Below, piece by piece: positions 55,499-64,000 of a stretch of 64,000 nt of DNA; the first letter of the stretch is position 1, and the number at the start of each line of letters is the position of its first letter. The stretch comes from Eubacteriales bacterium. Lineage in GTDB: Bacteria; Bacillota; Clostridia; Oscillospirales; Butyricicoccaceae. The stretch is from contig JAUNWG010000002.1 of assembly GCA_030540435.1 (NCBI GenBank), forward strand, positions 8,276 to 72,275. The letters run 5' to 3'. The position numbers and the translations under genes were made by a program. The notes beneath the pieces were generated by a model, which had not been told where the DNA came from, made no database searches, and worked only from the letters and a program-made list of their open reading frames with translations.

Positions 55499-56707
55499 AT
55501 GGCTGATTTTGCAACGATTGAAGAAGCGCTGGAGGCGCTGCGGGCCGGAAAGAATATTCTGGTCATCGACGACCCGGATCGTGAAAACGAAGGCGATATC
55601 ATCTGCGCCGCCCAGTTTGCAACAACGGAAAATGTCAACTTTATGGCGACCTACGCCAAGGGCCTGATCTGTATGCCGATGAGCGGCGACTACTGTGACA
55701 AGCTCGGTCTGCCGCCAATGGTGGAAAAGAATACCGATAACCATGAGACGGCATTTACCGTTTCCATCGACTATATCAAGACAACCACCGGTATTTCCGC
55801 CGTCGAGCGTTCGCTGACAGCAATGATGACCGTCAATCCCGAAGCAAAGCCGGAGCATTTCCGCCGTCCGGGGCATATGTTCCCGCTGCGCGCACGTGAA
55901 GGCGGCGTTCTCATCCGCTCCGGTCACACCGAAGCTACCGTTGATCTGTGCCGTCTGGCTGGTCTGGCGCCGGTGGGACTGTGCTGTGAGATCATGCGGG
56001 ACGACGGCACGATGATGCGCACGACTGAGCTGGTCGAATTTGCAAAAGAGCATGATCTGGTCATGATCTCCATTGCCGACCTGATCGCGTACCGTATGCG
56101 CGACAAGGAAGAATCTCTGGTGGAAGAGGTCGCCTGCGCAGATATGCCGACCAAATATGGCCATTTTAAAATCCACGGCTTTGTCAACAAGCTGTCCGGC
56201 GAGCACCATGTCGCCCTGACGATGGGAGATATTGCAGACGGCAAGCCGGTACTGTGCCGTGTCCACTCGGAATGCCTGACCGGTGATACCTTTGGCTCCG
56301 CACGCTGCGACTGCGGCGAGCAACTGTCCGCTGCGCTGACTGCCATTGCAAAGGAAGGCAGAGGTATGCTGCTGTACCTGCGGCAGGAAGGCCGCGGCAT
56401 CGGCCTGATCAACAAGCTGCGTGCCTATGAGCTGCAGGAGCAGGGCTATGACACCGTCGATGCAAACATCAAGCTCGGCTTTGCGCCTGACCTGCGCGAG
56501 TATGGCATGGGTGCACAGATTTTGGTTGCGCTTGGCGTCCATCAGCTCCGTCTGATGACCAATAATCCCACCAAGATCCACGGCCTGTCCGGCTATGGCC
56601 TGGAGATTGTAGAACGTGTTCCGATTCAGATCGCTGCCAATCCGGTGGATGCCTTTTATCTGAAAACCAAGCAGGAACGCATGGATCATATGACAGAATA
56701 CAAATAA
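55499..56707 (+). CDS. ribBA: bifunctional DHBP synthase / GTP cyclohydrolase II
   Basis: About 402 aa. The N-terminal half is highly similar to the preceding gene. The C-terminal half has the HSECLTGD...CDCG cyclohydrolase II zinc motif. Confidence 0.96.
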   Translation: MADFATIEEALEALRAGKNILVIDDPDRENEGDIICAAQFATTENVNFMATYAKGLICMPMSGDYCDKLGLPPMVEKNTDNHETAFTVSIDYIKTTTGISAVERSLTAMMTVNPEAKPEHFRRPGHMFPLRAREGGVLIRSGHTEATVDLCRLAGLAPVGLCCEIMRDDGTMMRTTELVEFAKEHDLVMISIADLIAYRMRDKEESLVEEVACADMPTKYGHFKIHGFVNKLSGEHHVALTMGDIADGKPVLCRVHSECLTGDTFGSARCDCGEQLSAALTAIAKEGRGMLLYLRQEGRGIGLINKLRAYELQEQGYDTVDANIKLGFAPDLREYGMGAQILVALGVHQLRLMTNNPTKIHGLSGYGLEIVERVPIQIAANPVDAFYLKTKQERMDHMTEYK

Positions 56708-56728
56708 GATAGCAGGAGGAAATCGATT

Positions 56729-57190
56729 ATGAAGCTGTTAGAAGGAAATGTAGTAGGTACTGGTTTAAAGGTCGGCATTGTTGCTGCCCGTTTCAATGAA
56801 TTTATCGTCGGCAAGCTGGTTTCCGGCGCACAGGATGCACTGGTCCGTCACGGCGTAGACGATGCGGACATCGAAATCGCATGGGTTCCGGGTGCATTTG
56901 AGATCCCGCTGGTCGCACAAAAGATGGCGCAGTCCGGCAAGTATGACATGGTTCTTTGCCTTGGCGCAGTTATCCGTGGTTCGACCTCGCATTATGACCT
57001 TGTATGCAATGAGTGCGCAAAGGGCATTGCACAGGTCAGCCTGTCCGCTGGTATTCCGGTGCTGTTTGGCGTTGTCACCACCGATACGATCGAACAGGCG
57101 ATCGAGCGCGCTGGCACCAAGGCTGGCAACAAGGGCTATGATGTGGCATGCTCCGGCATTGAGATGGCAAATCTGCTGCGCAAGCTGTAA
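56729..57190 (+). CDS. ribH: 6,7-dimethyl-8-ribityllumazine synthase
   Basis: 153 aa. [11 protein letters not shown] and WVPGAFEIP motifs. Confidence 0.96.
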   Translation: MKLLEGNVVGTGLKVGIVAARFNEFIVGKLVSGAQDALVRHGVDDADIEIAWVPGAFEIPLVAQKMAQSGKYDMVLCLGAVIRGSTSHYDLVCNECAKGIAQVSLSAGIPVLFGVVTTDTIEQAIERAGTKAGNKGYDVACSGIEMANLLRKL

Positions 57191-57209
57191 TTTTATTTCC
57201 AAAAAAGCG

Positions 57210-57242
57210 ATTCCCCCGGCTGGCTCAGTCGGGGGATTTTTA
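57210..57242. terminator. bidirectional terminator between ribH (+) and dpaB (-)
   Basis: A-run, TCCCCCG / CGGGGGA stem, then TTTTT. Confidence 0.7.
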
Positions 57243-57270
57243 TGTTTTCATTTTCATTCAAATTTAACAT

Positions 57271-57840
57271 TTACAAAAAAATCGGCTGCGCCTGTTTTCC
57301 TTCCACTGCCGCCTTAGCAGTTTCCGGGATATTTTCCATCACGGCGACGAGTGAGCGCGGCTTGGTATGCGGTGCATCCTGCCGCATGGAAACGAAATAA
57401 TAGTTTTTGCGGTTGAGCAGCGCGGCAATGTTTGGCGCGGAGCCTGCCAGCGCATCATTGCTCGACACAGCGACCACCACCGGACGCTCCACCCGCAGCT
57501 GTGATTTTGCGGCAAGGGTAACCGGTGTATCACTCAGTCCATTTGCCAGCCGGGCAAGCGTCGTCCCGGTGCATGGTGCGATAATCAATACATCCATCAT
57601 CGCCTTTGGGCCGATGGGTTCAACCTCCTGTAAGGTACACATGGGCTTTCTGCCGCAGATATGGGTGATCTGGTCCAGTGTATCCTGTGCGGTTCCAAAA
57701 CGGGTATCCTGTGCACTGACCTGTTCGGATACGATGGGGATCAAATTCCATCCATCCTTCGCCATGCGTTCCATGACGCCCAGCACACGGTCTATCGTAC
57801 AGAAGGACCCGCACAATGCGAATCCTGCAGTCAGGCTCAT
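57271..57840 (-). CDS. dpaB: dipicolinate synthase subunit B (flavoprotein family)
   Basis: 189 aa. GFALCGSFCT and IAPCTGTTLARLANG motifs of SpoVFB. Confidence 0.88.
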   Translation of the reverse strand: MSLTAGFALCGSFCTIDRVLGVMERMAKDGWNLIPIVSEQVSAQDTRFGTAQDTLDQITHICGRKPMCTLQEVEPIGPKAMMDVLIIAPCTGTTLARLANGLSDTPVTLAAKSQLRVERPVVVAVSSNDALAGSAPNIAALLNRKNYYFVSMRQDAPHTKPRSLVAVMENIPETAKAAVEGKQAQPIFL

Positions 57841-58703
57841 AATAGTCCTTCCTCCTCCAGCATATGGCAGATCGTTTCATGAATGGCAGCTGCTGCACTG
57901 CGCGGAGCGACCCGCCCGGGTAATGATAAGGCATGGATAACGCGGCACAGTTCGGTTGCATCCGCTGCGGTCCCGCCCTTGCCGGATGCAAGGTCGATGA
58001 TCAGCACATCCGGTTTGCAGCCCGCCAGTACAGTCCGTGTCAACACCGGATATGGTACGGTATTGATAATCAAAGGGAATGCGGACAGCTGCCCTGCAAG
58101 CCTGCGCGTATCCATACAGCCATACCCGGCACTGCGGATACGGGCAAAATCGGTATACTTCCGGGCGGAAACTGTAACCTTAGCGCCCAGGCCATGCAGC
58201 CTTGAGGCAAGTGCGGAACCGATTCGTCCTGCACCGATGATTAACACAGGCAGTTCATGCAGCGTGACAGGCAGCTCTTCCATTGCGATCTGGATGGCTC
58301 CCTCCGCAGTCGGGATCGCATTGAGCAGTGCCAACTCCTCCCGCTTTAAATAATCCTGTACTTCTATGCCGCGGCGGGAAGCCATATCTGTCACCATCTG
58401 CGGTACAGAACCGCCAAAAACCGGCTTTCCTGCCGGTATTGCATCCAGAATATCGACCAGCTTATATGGTGCATTGGCAAGCGGTGCGTTCAATCTGCCG
58501 CGCACGCCCATAACCGGCATGGGGAATAATATCACATCCGCTTCCACAAACAAGGCACGCAGGTCGCTGCTGGCCGGCAGCCCGGTGTCATGCCGTTCCA
58601 GTCCGATGGTTTTTACCTTCGCGCCATCTGCTGCCAACAGTTCGCCCAGATATGCCTGCCGAACATCACCGCCCACCAGCGCAAATGTCAGCGTGTGTTT
58701 CAT
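57837..58703 (-). CDS. dpaA: dipicolinate synthase subunit A
   Basis: MKHTLTFALVGGDVRQAYLGELL..., IIGAGRIGSALASRL Rossmann motif and IIDLAS..GGT. Collinear with B. subtilis SpoVFA (from memory). ATG 58703. Confidence 0.88.
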   Translation of the reverse strand: MKHTLTFALVGGDVRQAYLGELLAADGAKVKTIGLERHDTGLPASSDLRALFVEADVILFPMPVMGVRGRLNAPLANAPYKLVDILDAIPAGKPVFGGSVPQMVTDMASRRGIEVQDYLKREELALLNAIPTAEGAIQIAMEELPVTLHELPVLIIGAGRIGSALASRLHGLGAKVTVSARKYTDFARIRSAGYGCMDTRRLAGQLSAFPLIINTVPYPVLTRTVLAGCKPDVLIIDLASGKGGTAADATELCRVIHALSLPGRVAPRSAAAAIHETICHMLEEEGLL

Positions 58704-58792
58704 ACGCCCCGCCCCCTCTTTTCCTTCTGCACCTATTCTATGCGGGAACCGCGGGTTTGACACTGCTGTGTTTGTTGTCTTTGCAACACAGC

Positions 58793-59095
58793 GCGTTTGG
58801 AGATTTCATGCAGTTATCATTTTTACCGCGAATGAAGAGAGGTCGCGTCCTGCCAGTGGCAGGCGAGCGCAGCGAGAGCGAGCCCCCGGCCAACGTAACT
58901 AACCGTGCCGTGTTTGGAGATTTCATGCAGTTATCATTTTTACCGCGAATGAAGAGAGGGAACCCGCGATGGTTCCCTCTCTTCGCTCTCCTTCCGCCGC
59001 CAAAGAACCTATGGTTCTCTGGACTCTCCTTTATGCAGCCGCGCTTGCGCTCAATGACACCAAAAGCGCCGCGCGCGGCATTTCACTGGTTGCAC
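58793..59095 (+). repeat. family-B modular repeat, copy B2 (partial unit a+e, then full unit a+b+c+d)
   Basis: The 48-nt segment GTTTGGAGATTTCATGCAGTTATCATTTTTACCGCGAATGAAGAGAGG is perfectly duplicated (58795-58842 and 58912-58959, period 117 bp). Modules b-d match B1. Confidence 0.9.
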
Positions 59096-59149
59096 GGAGA
59101 TTTACATTTATTTTTTTCTTTGTTTTTCCGTTTCTTTTTCAGGTATACC

Positions 59150-61366
59150 TTATTCCAACAAGCTCATCTGCCCTTTATCCTCATCCTTGAGCAATGCGCC
59201 AATGGACGGGATGAAATGCGATACATACCGTCTCGGCTGGGCAAAGGTCAGCTCTGCCGTATCCGTGACATGCGTAATGGTATGGCTGCCGCGCAGCGTC
59301 ATGACCTGTACGCCGACTGTTGTACGTGTGCTCTTTTCTGGGATAATAGAAGTATTGACCGTCAGGGCGCGCCCATTGGTCGAAAACAGGGTGATATCAC
59401 GATCCTGCATGATGTGGAAGAACGCCTTTGCCGGTGAACGGTCAGAATATGCGCCAGTCAAGCGACGGCGGTTGGTCTTTGTCGCAAAGCTGGACAGCTC
59501 AAATTTCGCTGCCTTTCCATTTTCAAAAATAACCACCAGCTTGCCGGTATATTCACCCGGCAGCAGCATAAATACCACATGCTCGTCCGCATCCATCGAC
59601 AGCTTGGACTGCAAATACTCGCCCAGTACGCTTGCCTTGGCATCATCAAAATCATACAGATGTGCCTTATATGCCTGCTGCTTGTCCGTCAGGAACATAA
59701 TTTCCTGCTTATTGGTGGCATCCATTGCCTGCAGCAGACTGTCGCCTTCCTTAAATTTCTGGTCGGATGCGCCGCGGAGCGACTGAGTTGTGATCTTTTT
59801 AAAGTAGCCCTCCTGTGTCAGGAACAAGTGTACCGGATAATCCTCAATATGGTCCTCCGCATCAAACTGCTCAATTTTATCCGCATCCAAAATGACCGAA
59901 TGGCGGGGAGATGGATATTTTTTGATGATATTTTCCAGCTCACGGATAATCAGGCGACGCATTTTTGCATCGCTCTTTAAAATGCCCTCCAGCCGTGCGA
60001 TCTCCTTTTCCAGATCCTCGGTTTCATCAATGCGTTTTAGGATGTACTCCTTATTGATATGGCGCAGCTTAATCTCTGCGATAAATTCCGCCTGCACCTG
60101 GTCAATGCCAAAGCCTTCCATCAAGTTCGGAACGACCATCGCATCCTTCTCCGTCTCGCGGATGATGCGGATCGCCTTATCGATATCCAGCAGGATGACC
60201 TTTAAGCCGTGCAGCAGGTGCAGTTTTTCTTTTTTCTTGGCAAGATCAAAACGGATGGTACGCCGCTTGCATTCCATGCGCCACTTGACCCATTCCTCCA
60301 AAATCGCACGGATGCCCAGAACCTTTGGCATACCGTTGATGAGTACATTAAAATTGCACGAGCAGCTGTCCATCAGCGGCGTCATCTGCATCAGGCGGTC
60401 CATCAGCTTATCCGGGTCTGTACCGCGCTTCAAATCGATTGCAATTTTCAAACCAGACAGATCACTCTCATCGCGGATATCCGAAATCTCACGGATCTTG
60501 CCGCCCTTTACCAAATCAGCAATCTTATCAATGATCGCTTCAATGGTCGTCGTATACGGAATTTCTGTAATCTCAATGAGATTTTCCTTTTTGATATACT
60601 GCCACTTGGAGCGCACCTTAAACGAGCCGCGTCCGGTGTCATAGATCCGGCGCATGGCCGCCCGGTCGAGGATGATCTCGCCGCCGGTCGGAAAATCCGG
60701 TGCTGGCAGAGTTTCCATCAAGTCGCAGTTTTTGTCCTCAAGATACGCGATCGTCGTGCGGCAGACCTCTTCCAGATTAAATCCGCAGAAGCTGCTTGCC
60801 ATACCGACTGCAATGCCGGTATTGGCGGAAACAAGGATATTCGGAAATGTCGTCGGCAGCAGCGTCGGCTCTTTCAGCTCGCCATCATAGTTATCCACAA
60901 AGTCGACGGCGTCGTTGTCAATATCGCGGAACAGCTCTGCGCATACCTTGTCCAGCTTGGCCTCAGTATAACGCGATGCAGCATATGCCATATCACGGGA
61001 ATATACCTTGCCAAAGTTGCCCTTGGAATCGACAAATGGTACGAGCAATGCTTCATTGCCGCGGGTCAGGCGCACCATTGTCTCATAAATGGCACCATCG
61101 CCATGCGGGTTCAATTTCATTGTCTGACCGACAATATTGGCGGACTTGGTACGGGTATTGCCCATCAGTCCCATTTTATACATTGTAAACAGCAGCTTAC
61201 GGTGCGACGGCTTAAAGCCATCCAGCTCCGGAATTGCACGCGATACAATGACGCTCATTGCATACGGCATATAATTTTCCCGCAGCGTTTCTGTAATCCG
61301 CTGAGAAGTCGGCTCCAGCGGATGATATTCCTTCACCGGCTCCTGTTTTTTCTTTTTCTTTGGCAT
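59150..61366 (-). CDS. parC: type IIA topoisomerase subunit A (ParC/GyrA-like, short 738-aa form)
   Basis: YMPYAMSVIVSRAIPELDGFKPSHRKLLF and the active-site region AASRYTEAKL. Paired with a subunit B gene upstream. A ParC versus second-GyrA assignment cannot be made from sequence alone. Confidence 0.9.
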   Translation of the reverse strand: MPKKKKKQEPVKEYHPLEPTSQRITETLRENYMPYAMSVIVSRAIPELDGFKPSHRKLLFTMYKMGLMGNTRTKSANIVGQTMKLNPHGDGAIYETMVRLTRGNEALLVPFVDSKGNFGKVYSRDMAYAASRYTEAKLDKVCAELFRDIDNDAVDFVDNYDGELKEPTLLPTTFPNILVSANTGIAVGMASSFCGFNLEEVCRTTIAYLEDKNCDLMETLPAPDFPTGGEIILDRAAMRRIYDTGRGSFKVRSKWQYIKKENLIEITEIPYTTTIEAIIDKIADLVKGGKIREISDIRDESDLSGLKIAIDLKRGTDPDKLMDRLMQMTPLMDSCSCNFNVLINGMPKVLGIRAILEEWVKWRMECKRRTIRFDLAKKKEKLHLLHGLKVILLDIDKAIRIIRETEKDAMVVPNLMEGFGIDQVQAEFIAEIKLRHINKEYILKRIDETEDLEKEIARLEGILKSDAKMRRLIIRELENIIKKYPSPRHSVILDADKIEQFDAEDHIEDYPVHLFLTQEGYFKKITTQSLRGASDQKFKEGDSLLQAMDATNKQEIMFLTDKQQAYKAHLYDFDDAKASVLGEYLQSKLSMDADEHVVFMLLPGEYTGKLVVIFENGKAAKFELSSFATKTNRRRLTGAYSDRSPAKAFFHIMQDRDITLFSTNGRALTVNTSIIPEKSTRTTVGVQVMTLRGSHTITHVTDTAELTFAQPRRYVSHFIPSIGALLKDEDKGQMSLLE

Positions 61367-61442
61367 ATAGAAAAACTACCTTTTCATAAATTTGATTAAC
61401 AATCCGAGATAGAAATAATCCCCAATCAGCTTCGGCGTTGTT

Positions 61443-61710
61443 ACTCTGGCCGGGGACTCACTCTCACTGTGCTTGCCGGCCACTGGCAGGACGCGACTCT
61501 AAGCCCGCGCAATGATATGCCGCGCGCAACGCTTTTGGCGTCATGGAGCGTGCGCGCGGCACGGCAGAGGAGAGTCCAGAGAACCATAGGTTCTTTGGCG
61601 TCGGAGAGAGAGCGAAGAGAGAGAACCAACGTTGGTTCTCTCTCTTCATGCAGCAGAAACAACCATAACTGCATGAAATCTCCAAACGCTCCGCAGAAAC
61701 AATCCCCTTT
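61443..61710 (-). repeat. family-B modular repeat, copy B3 (inverted; modules a+b+c+d+e)
   Basis: The reverse complement reads GGGGATTGTTTCTGCGGAGCGTTTGGAGATTTCATGCAG...AGAGAGAGAACCAACGTTGGTTCTCTCTCT...CCAAAGAACCTATGGTTCTCTGGACTCTCCT...GTCGCGTCCTGCCAGTGGCCGG. It fills the parE-parC spacer. Confidence 0.88.
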
Positions 61711-61711
61711 C

Positions 61712-63703
61712 TTACGAAATATCCGCAAACTCCAGATACTGCCATCCATTTTCCGCGATATATTCCTTCCGGCCGGACAGGTTTTCGCCCAGCAGCAGAT
61801 CGAACATCTCACCCGTTGCAGCGATATCCTCCGGCATGACACGGATGAGCCGCCGGGTTTCCGGATTCATCGTGGTTTCCCACATCATGTCCGCTTCATT
61901 CTCGCCCAGACCCTTGGAGCGCTGGATGGTATATTTTTTACCTGCCAGCTCCTTGAGGATCGCTGCCTTTTCGCTCTCATCAAAGGCGAAATACGACTTG
62001 CCCTTGCATTCGATCTCATACAGCGGGGATTCCGCGATATACACATAGCCTTCATCGATCAGCGTCGGCGTCAGGCGGTACAGCATCGTTAAAATCAGGG
62101 TGCGAATCTGGAAGCCGTCAACGTCGGCATCGGTACAAATGATGACCTTATTCCAGCGCAAATTTGCCAGGTCAAACGTCGACAATTCTTTGTTTGCCTT
62201 GACCTGCACCTCAACGCCGCAGCCCAGTACCTTTAACAAATCGGTAATGACATCGCTTTTAAAAATTTTATCATAATCCGCCTTCAAGCAGTTGAGTATC
62301 TTGCCGCGGATCGGCATGATCGCCTGAAATTCCGAATCGCGCCCCTGCTTACACGAGCCGAGTGCGGAGTCGCCCTCCACGATATACAGCTCGCGGCGTG
62401 TGACGTCCTTGGTGCGGCAATCGACAAACTTCTGTACGCGGTTGGCGAGGTCAAGCGAACCGGACAGCTTTTTACGGATATTCAGGCGTGCTTTTTCCGC
62501 CTGCTCGCGCGAACGCTTGTTAATCAATATCTGTTCGGCTATTTTATCCGCTTCTGCTTTGTTTTCAATAAAATAAATTTCAAGACCGGAGCGCAGGAAT
62601 TCTGTCATTGCCTCCTGGATGAATTTATTGGTGATCGCCTTTTTTGTCTGGTTTTCATACGATGTGTACGTAGAAAAACAGTTGGTAACCAGAATCAGGC
62701 TGTCCGAAACATCCTGGAAGGAGATCCGGCTCTCATTTTTATTATATTTGTTATTCTGCTTGAGATATGCGTCAATTGCCGAGACAAATGCCGAGCGCAC
62801 CGCCTTATCCGGCGCACCGCCGTATTCCAGCCAGGAGGAGTTGTGGTAATACTCCGTGCGTGAAATGCTGGAAGAAAAGCAATAGGCACAGTTTAACAGC
62901 ACCTTATATTCCGGCTTATCCGAACGGTCTTTGCCGCTGCGCTCGCTGTGCAGCGACTGGATGGAGGTCAGGGCTTTGTCCTCTGCGATCTCAGCGACAT
63001 AATCCGTGATGCCGTTTTCATAACAGAACGTGGTTTCTGTCATGCCCTCCGGCGTTTCATTGCGGAAAACAAATTTCAGATGCGGATTGACCACAGCCTG
63101 CCGCTTTAACACATCCAGATAGTACAGTTCCGGAATGGCGATGTCGGTAAACACCTCCAAATCCGGGCGCCAGCGGATGATCGTACCGGTATCCTTGCCG
63201 GTATATTTTTTCTTGCGGAAGCCGGTCTTGGTGCCGGTCTGGTTTTCGCCCTTCTCAAAATGCAGCGTATATTCTGCACCATCGCGGCGAACCGTGACGT
63301 CCATATACTCCGAAGAATACTGTGTCGCGCACGTGCCAAGGCCGTTCAGACCGAGCGAGAACTCATAATTCTCGCCGTCCATGTTCTTATACTTACCACC
63401 GGCATACAGCTCACAGAACACCAGCTCCCAGTTATACCGCTTCTCATTGGCATTAAAATCTACTGGTATGCCGCGCCCGTGGTCTTCCACTTCAATGGAA
63501 TGGTCGGCAAAGCGTGTGACCACGATCTCGCTGCCGTAGCCCTCACGCGCTTCATCTATGGAATTGGATAGGATCTCAAATACTGCGTGCTGACAGCCGT
63601 CCAGACCATCCGAGCCGAAAATAACGCCCGGACGCTTTCGCACACGGTCTGCGCCCTTTAGGGCGGATATGCTCTCATTGCCGTATTGATTTGTCTTTTT
63701 CAT
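61712..63703 (-). CDS. parE: type IIA topoisomerase subunit B (ParE/GyrB-like)
   Basis: 663 aa. LKGADRVRKRPGVIFGS, ILSNSIDEA (GHKL ATPase) and EGDSALGS (Toprim) motifs. Confidence 0.92.
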   Translation of the reverse strand: MKKTNQYGNESISALKGADRVRKRPGVIFGSDGLDGCQHAVFEILSNSIDEAREGYGSEIVVTRFADHSIEVEDHGRGIPVDFNANEKRYNWELVFCELYAGGKYKNMDGENYEFSLGLNGLGTCATQYSSEYMDVTVRRDGAEYTLHFEKGENQTGTKTGFRKKKYTGKDTGTIIRWRPDLEVFTDIAIPELYYLDVLKRQAVVNPHLKFVFRNETPEGMTETTFCYENGITDYVAEIAEDKALTSIQSLHSERSGKDRSDKPEYKVLLNCAYCFSSSISRTEYYHNSSWLEYGGAPDKAVRSAFVSAIDAYLKQNNKYNKNESRISFQDVSDSLILVTNCFSTYTSYENQTKKAITNKFIQEAMTEFLRSGLEIYFIENKAEADKIAEQILINKRSREQAEKARLNIRKKLSGSLDLANRVQKFVDCRTKDVTRRELYIVEGDSALGSCKQGRDSEFQAIMPIRGKILNCLKADYDKIFKSDVITDLLKVLGCGVEVQVKANKELSTFDLANLRWNKVIICTDADVDGFQIRTLILTMLYRLTPTLIDEGYVYIAESPLYEIECKGKSYFAFDESEKAAILKELAGKKYTIQRSKGLGENEADMMWETTMNPETRRLIRVMPEDIAATGEMFDLLLGENLSGRKEYIAENGWQYLEFADIS

Positions 63704-63756
63704 ACTATATTAACTCCAGATCGAACGATTCTTTTGTTTTTTCTCGAATACTCGGT

Positions 63757-63785
63757 ATTATAACGCAATTCTTTCGTTCCGTCAA
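63757..63785 (-). promoter_or_regulatory. putative promoter of the topoisomerase operon
   Basis: On the minus strand, TTGACG (63785-80), 17 nt, TATAAT (63762-57). Confidence 0.55.
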
Positions 63786-63840
63786 ATCACACATGTAAAT
63801 TTATATGACCATATTCTATCATCGCTCTGTTAAGCTGTCT

Positions 63841-63869
63841 TTGACAAACAGCTTTCCATATGGTATAGT
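63841..63869 (+). promoter_or_regulatory. near-consensus divergent promoter at the window edge
   Basis: TTGACA (63841-46), 17 nt, TATAGT (63864-69), preceded by TGg. Confidence 0.55.
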
Positions 63870-63910
63870 AAAAACACAAAGGATGAAGTGCATTGTTTCG
63901 TGCACAGCGA

Positions 63911-63950
63911 AGCCCCCTCCGAGTGGTCTGGACTCAAGGGGGCTTTTCTC
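63911..63950 (+). terminator. hairpin plus T-tract about 40 nt downstream of that promoter (attenuator or sRNA terminator)
   Basis: AGCCCCCT / AGGGGGCT outer stem with inner GAGT / ACTC stem, followed by TTTTCTCATATTCTTTTTT. Confidence 0.5.
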
Positions 63951-64000
63951 ATATTCTTTTTTCAAAGACTACGTTCGCCGTGGCTGTTTGTTGCCTTTAC

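Noticed and set aside
58795-58959. Possible CRISPR-like array, because of the perfect 48-nt direct repeat with a 117-bp period.
   Set aside because: There are only two repeat copies. The 69-bp spacer is itself another repeat module found at 61443-61500, there are no cas genes, and the repeat is part of the dispersed family-B element.
58652-59437. ORFs running through the family-B repeats: 58652-59437 (+), 61441-61842 (-), 61464-61745 (-) and 48570-48779 (+).
   Set aside because: Their apparent conservation (…FGDFMQL…, …MTPKAPRAA…) is just the repeated DNA. The frames differ between copies, there is no RBS, and the sequence is dominated by palindromes.

Overview
A 64-kb chromosomal window from a GC-rich Firmicute. 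Gene content looks Clostridia / Oscillospiraceae-like, but the taxon cannot be proven without a database search. About 58 protein genes are supported, nearly all core metabolism or housekeeping. On the minus strand: argG-argH, a mannitol PTS operon (mtlR-mtlA-mtlD-ptsH) with a second ptsH copy, ansA, aspS-hisS, a cell-shape block (maf, mreC, mreD, PBP2, MinD-like, mgsA), dut, a U32 peptidase, a long ZapA, rubrerythrin + Fur/PerR, carD, barnase/barstar, an AraC-controlled oxidoreductase / TIM-barrel / Na-solute symporter cluster, MATE + MarR, dpaAB, and a ParE/ParC-like type IIA topoisomerase pair. On the plus strand: pgi, proBA, a CYTH protein, an ABC-F ATPase, a P-type Ca-ATPase, and a riboflavin operon behind an FMN riboswitch. 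I saw no rRNA, tRNA, CRISPR array, transposase, integrase or phage structural gene. The large ORFs antisense to these genes are GC-driven shadow ORFs. The interesting material is small and mostly non-coding. (1) A Fst/PepA1-like type I toxin-antitoxin candidate at 52.33-52.69 kb. (2) A second mini-ORF with an antisense sRNA at 2.63-2.93 kb, driven by a perfect consensus promoter. (3) Two related families of modular, hairpin-rich intergenic repeats (4.6-5.3 kb; 48.4, 58.8 and 61.4 kb), one copy of which splits the topoisomerase operon. (4) A small low-GC XRE island with a clear operator architecture. (5) A strongly over-represented GCTGACA motif upstream of mtlR. (6) A tandem ribB / ribBA duplication. 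(7) Two HPr paralogues with Lys instead of Ser at position 46. All coordinates were read by eye from the sequence. Promoter, terminator and sRNA calls are predictions.
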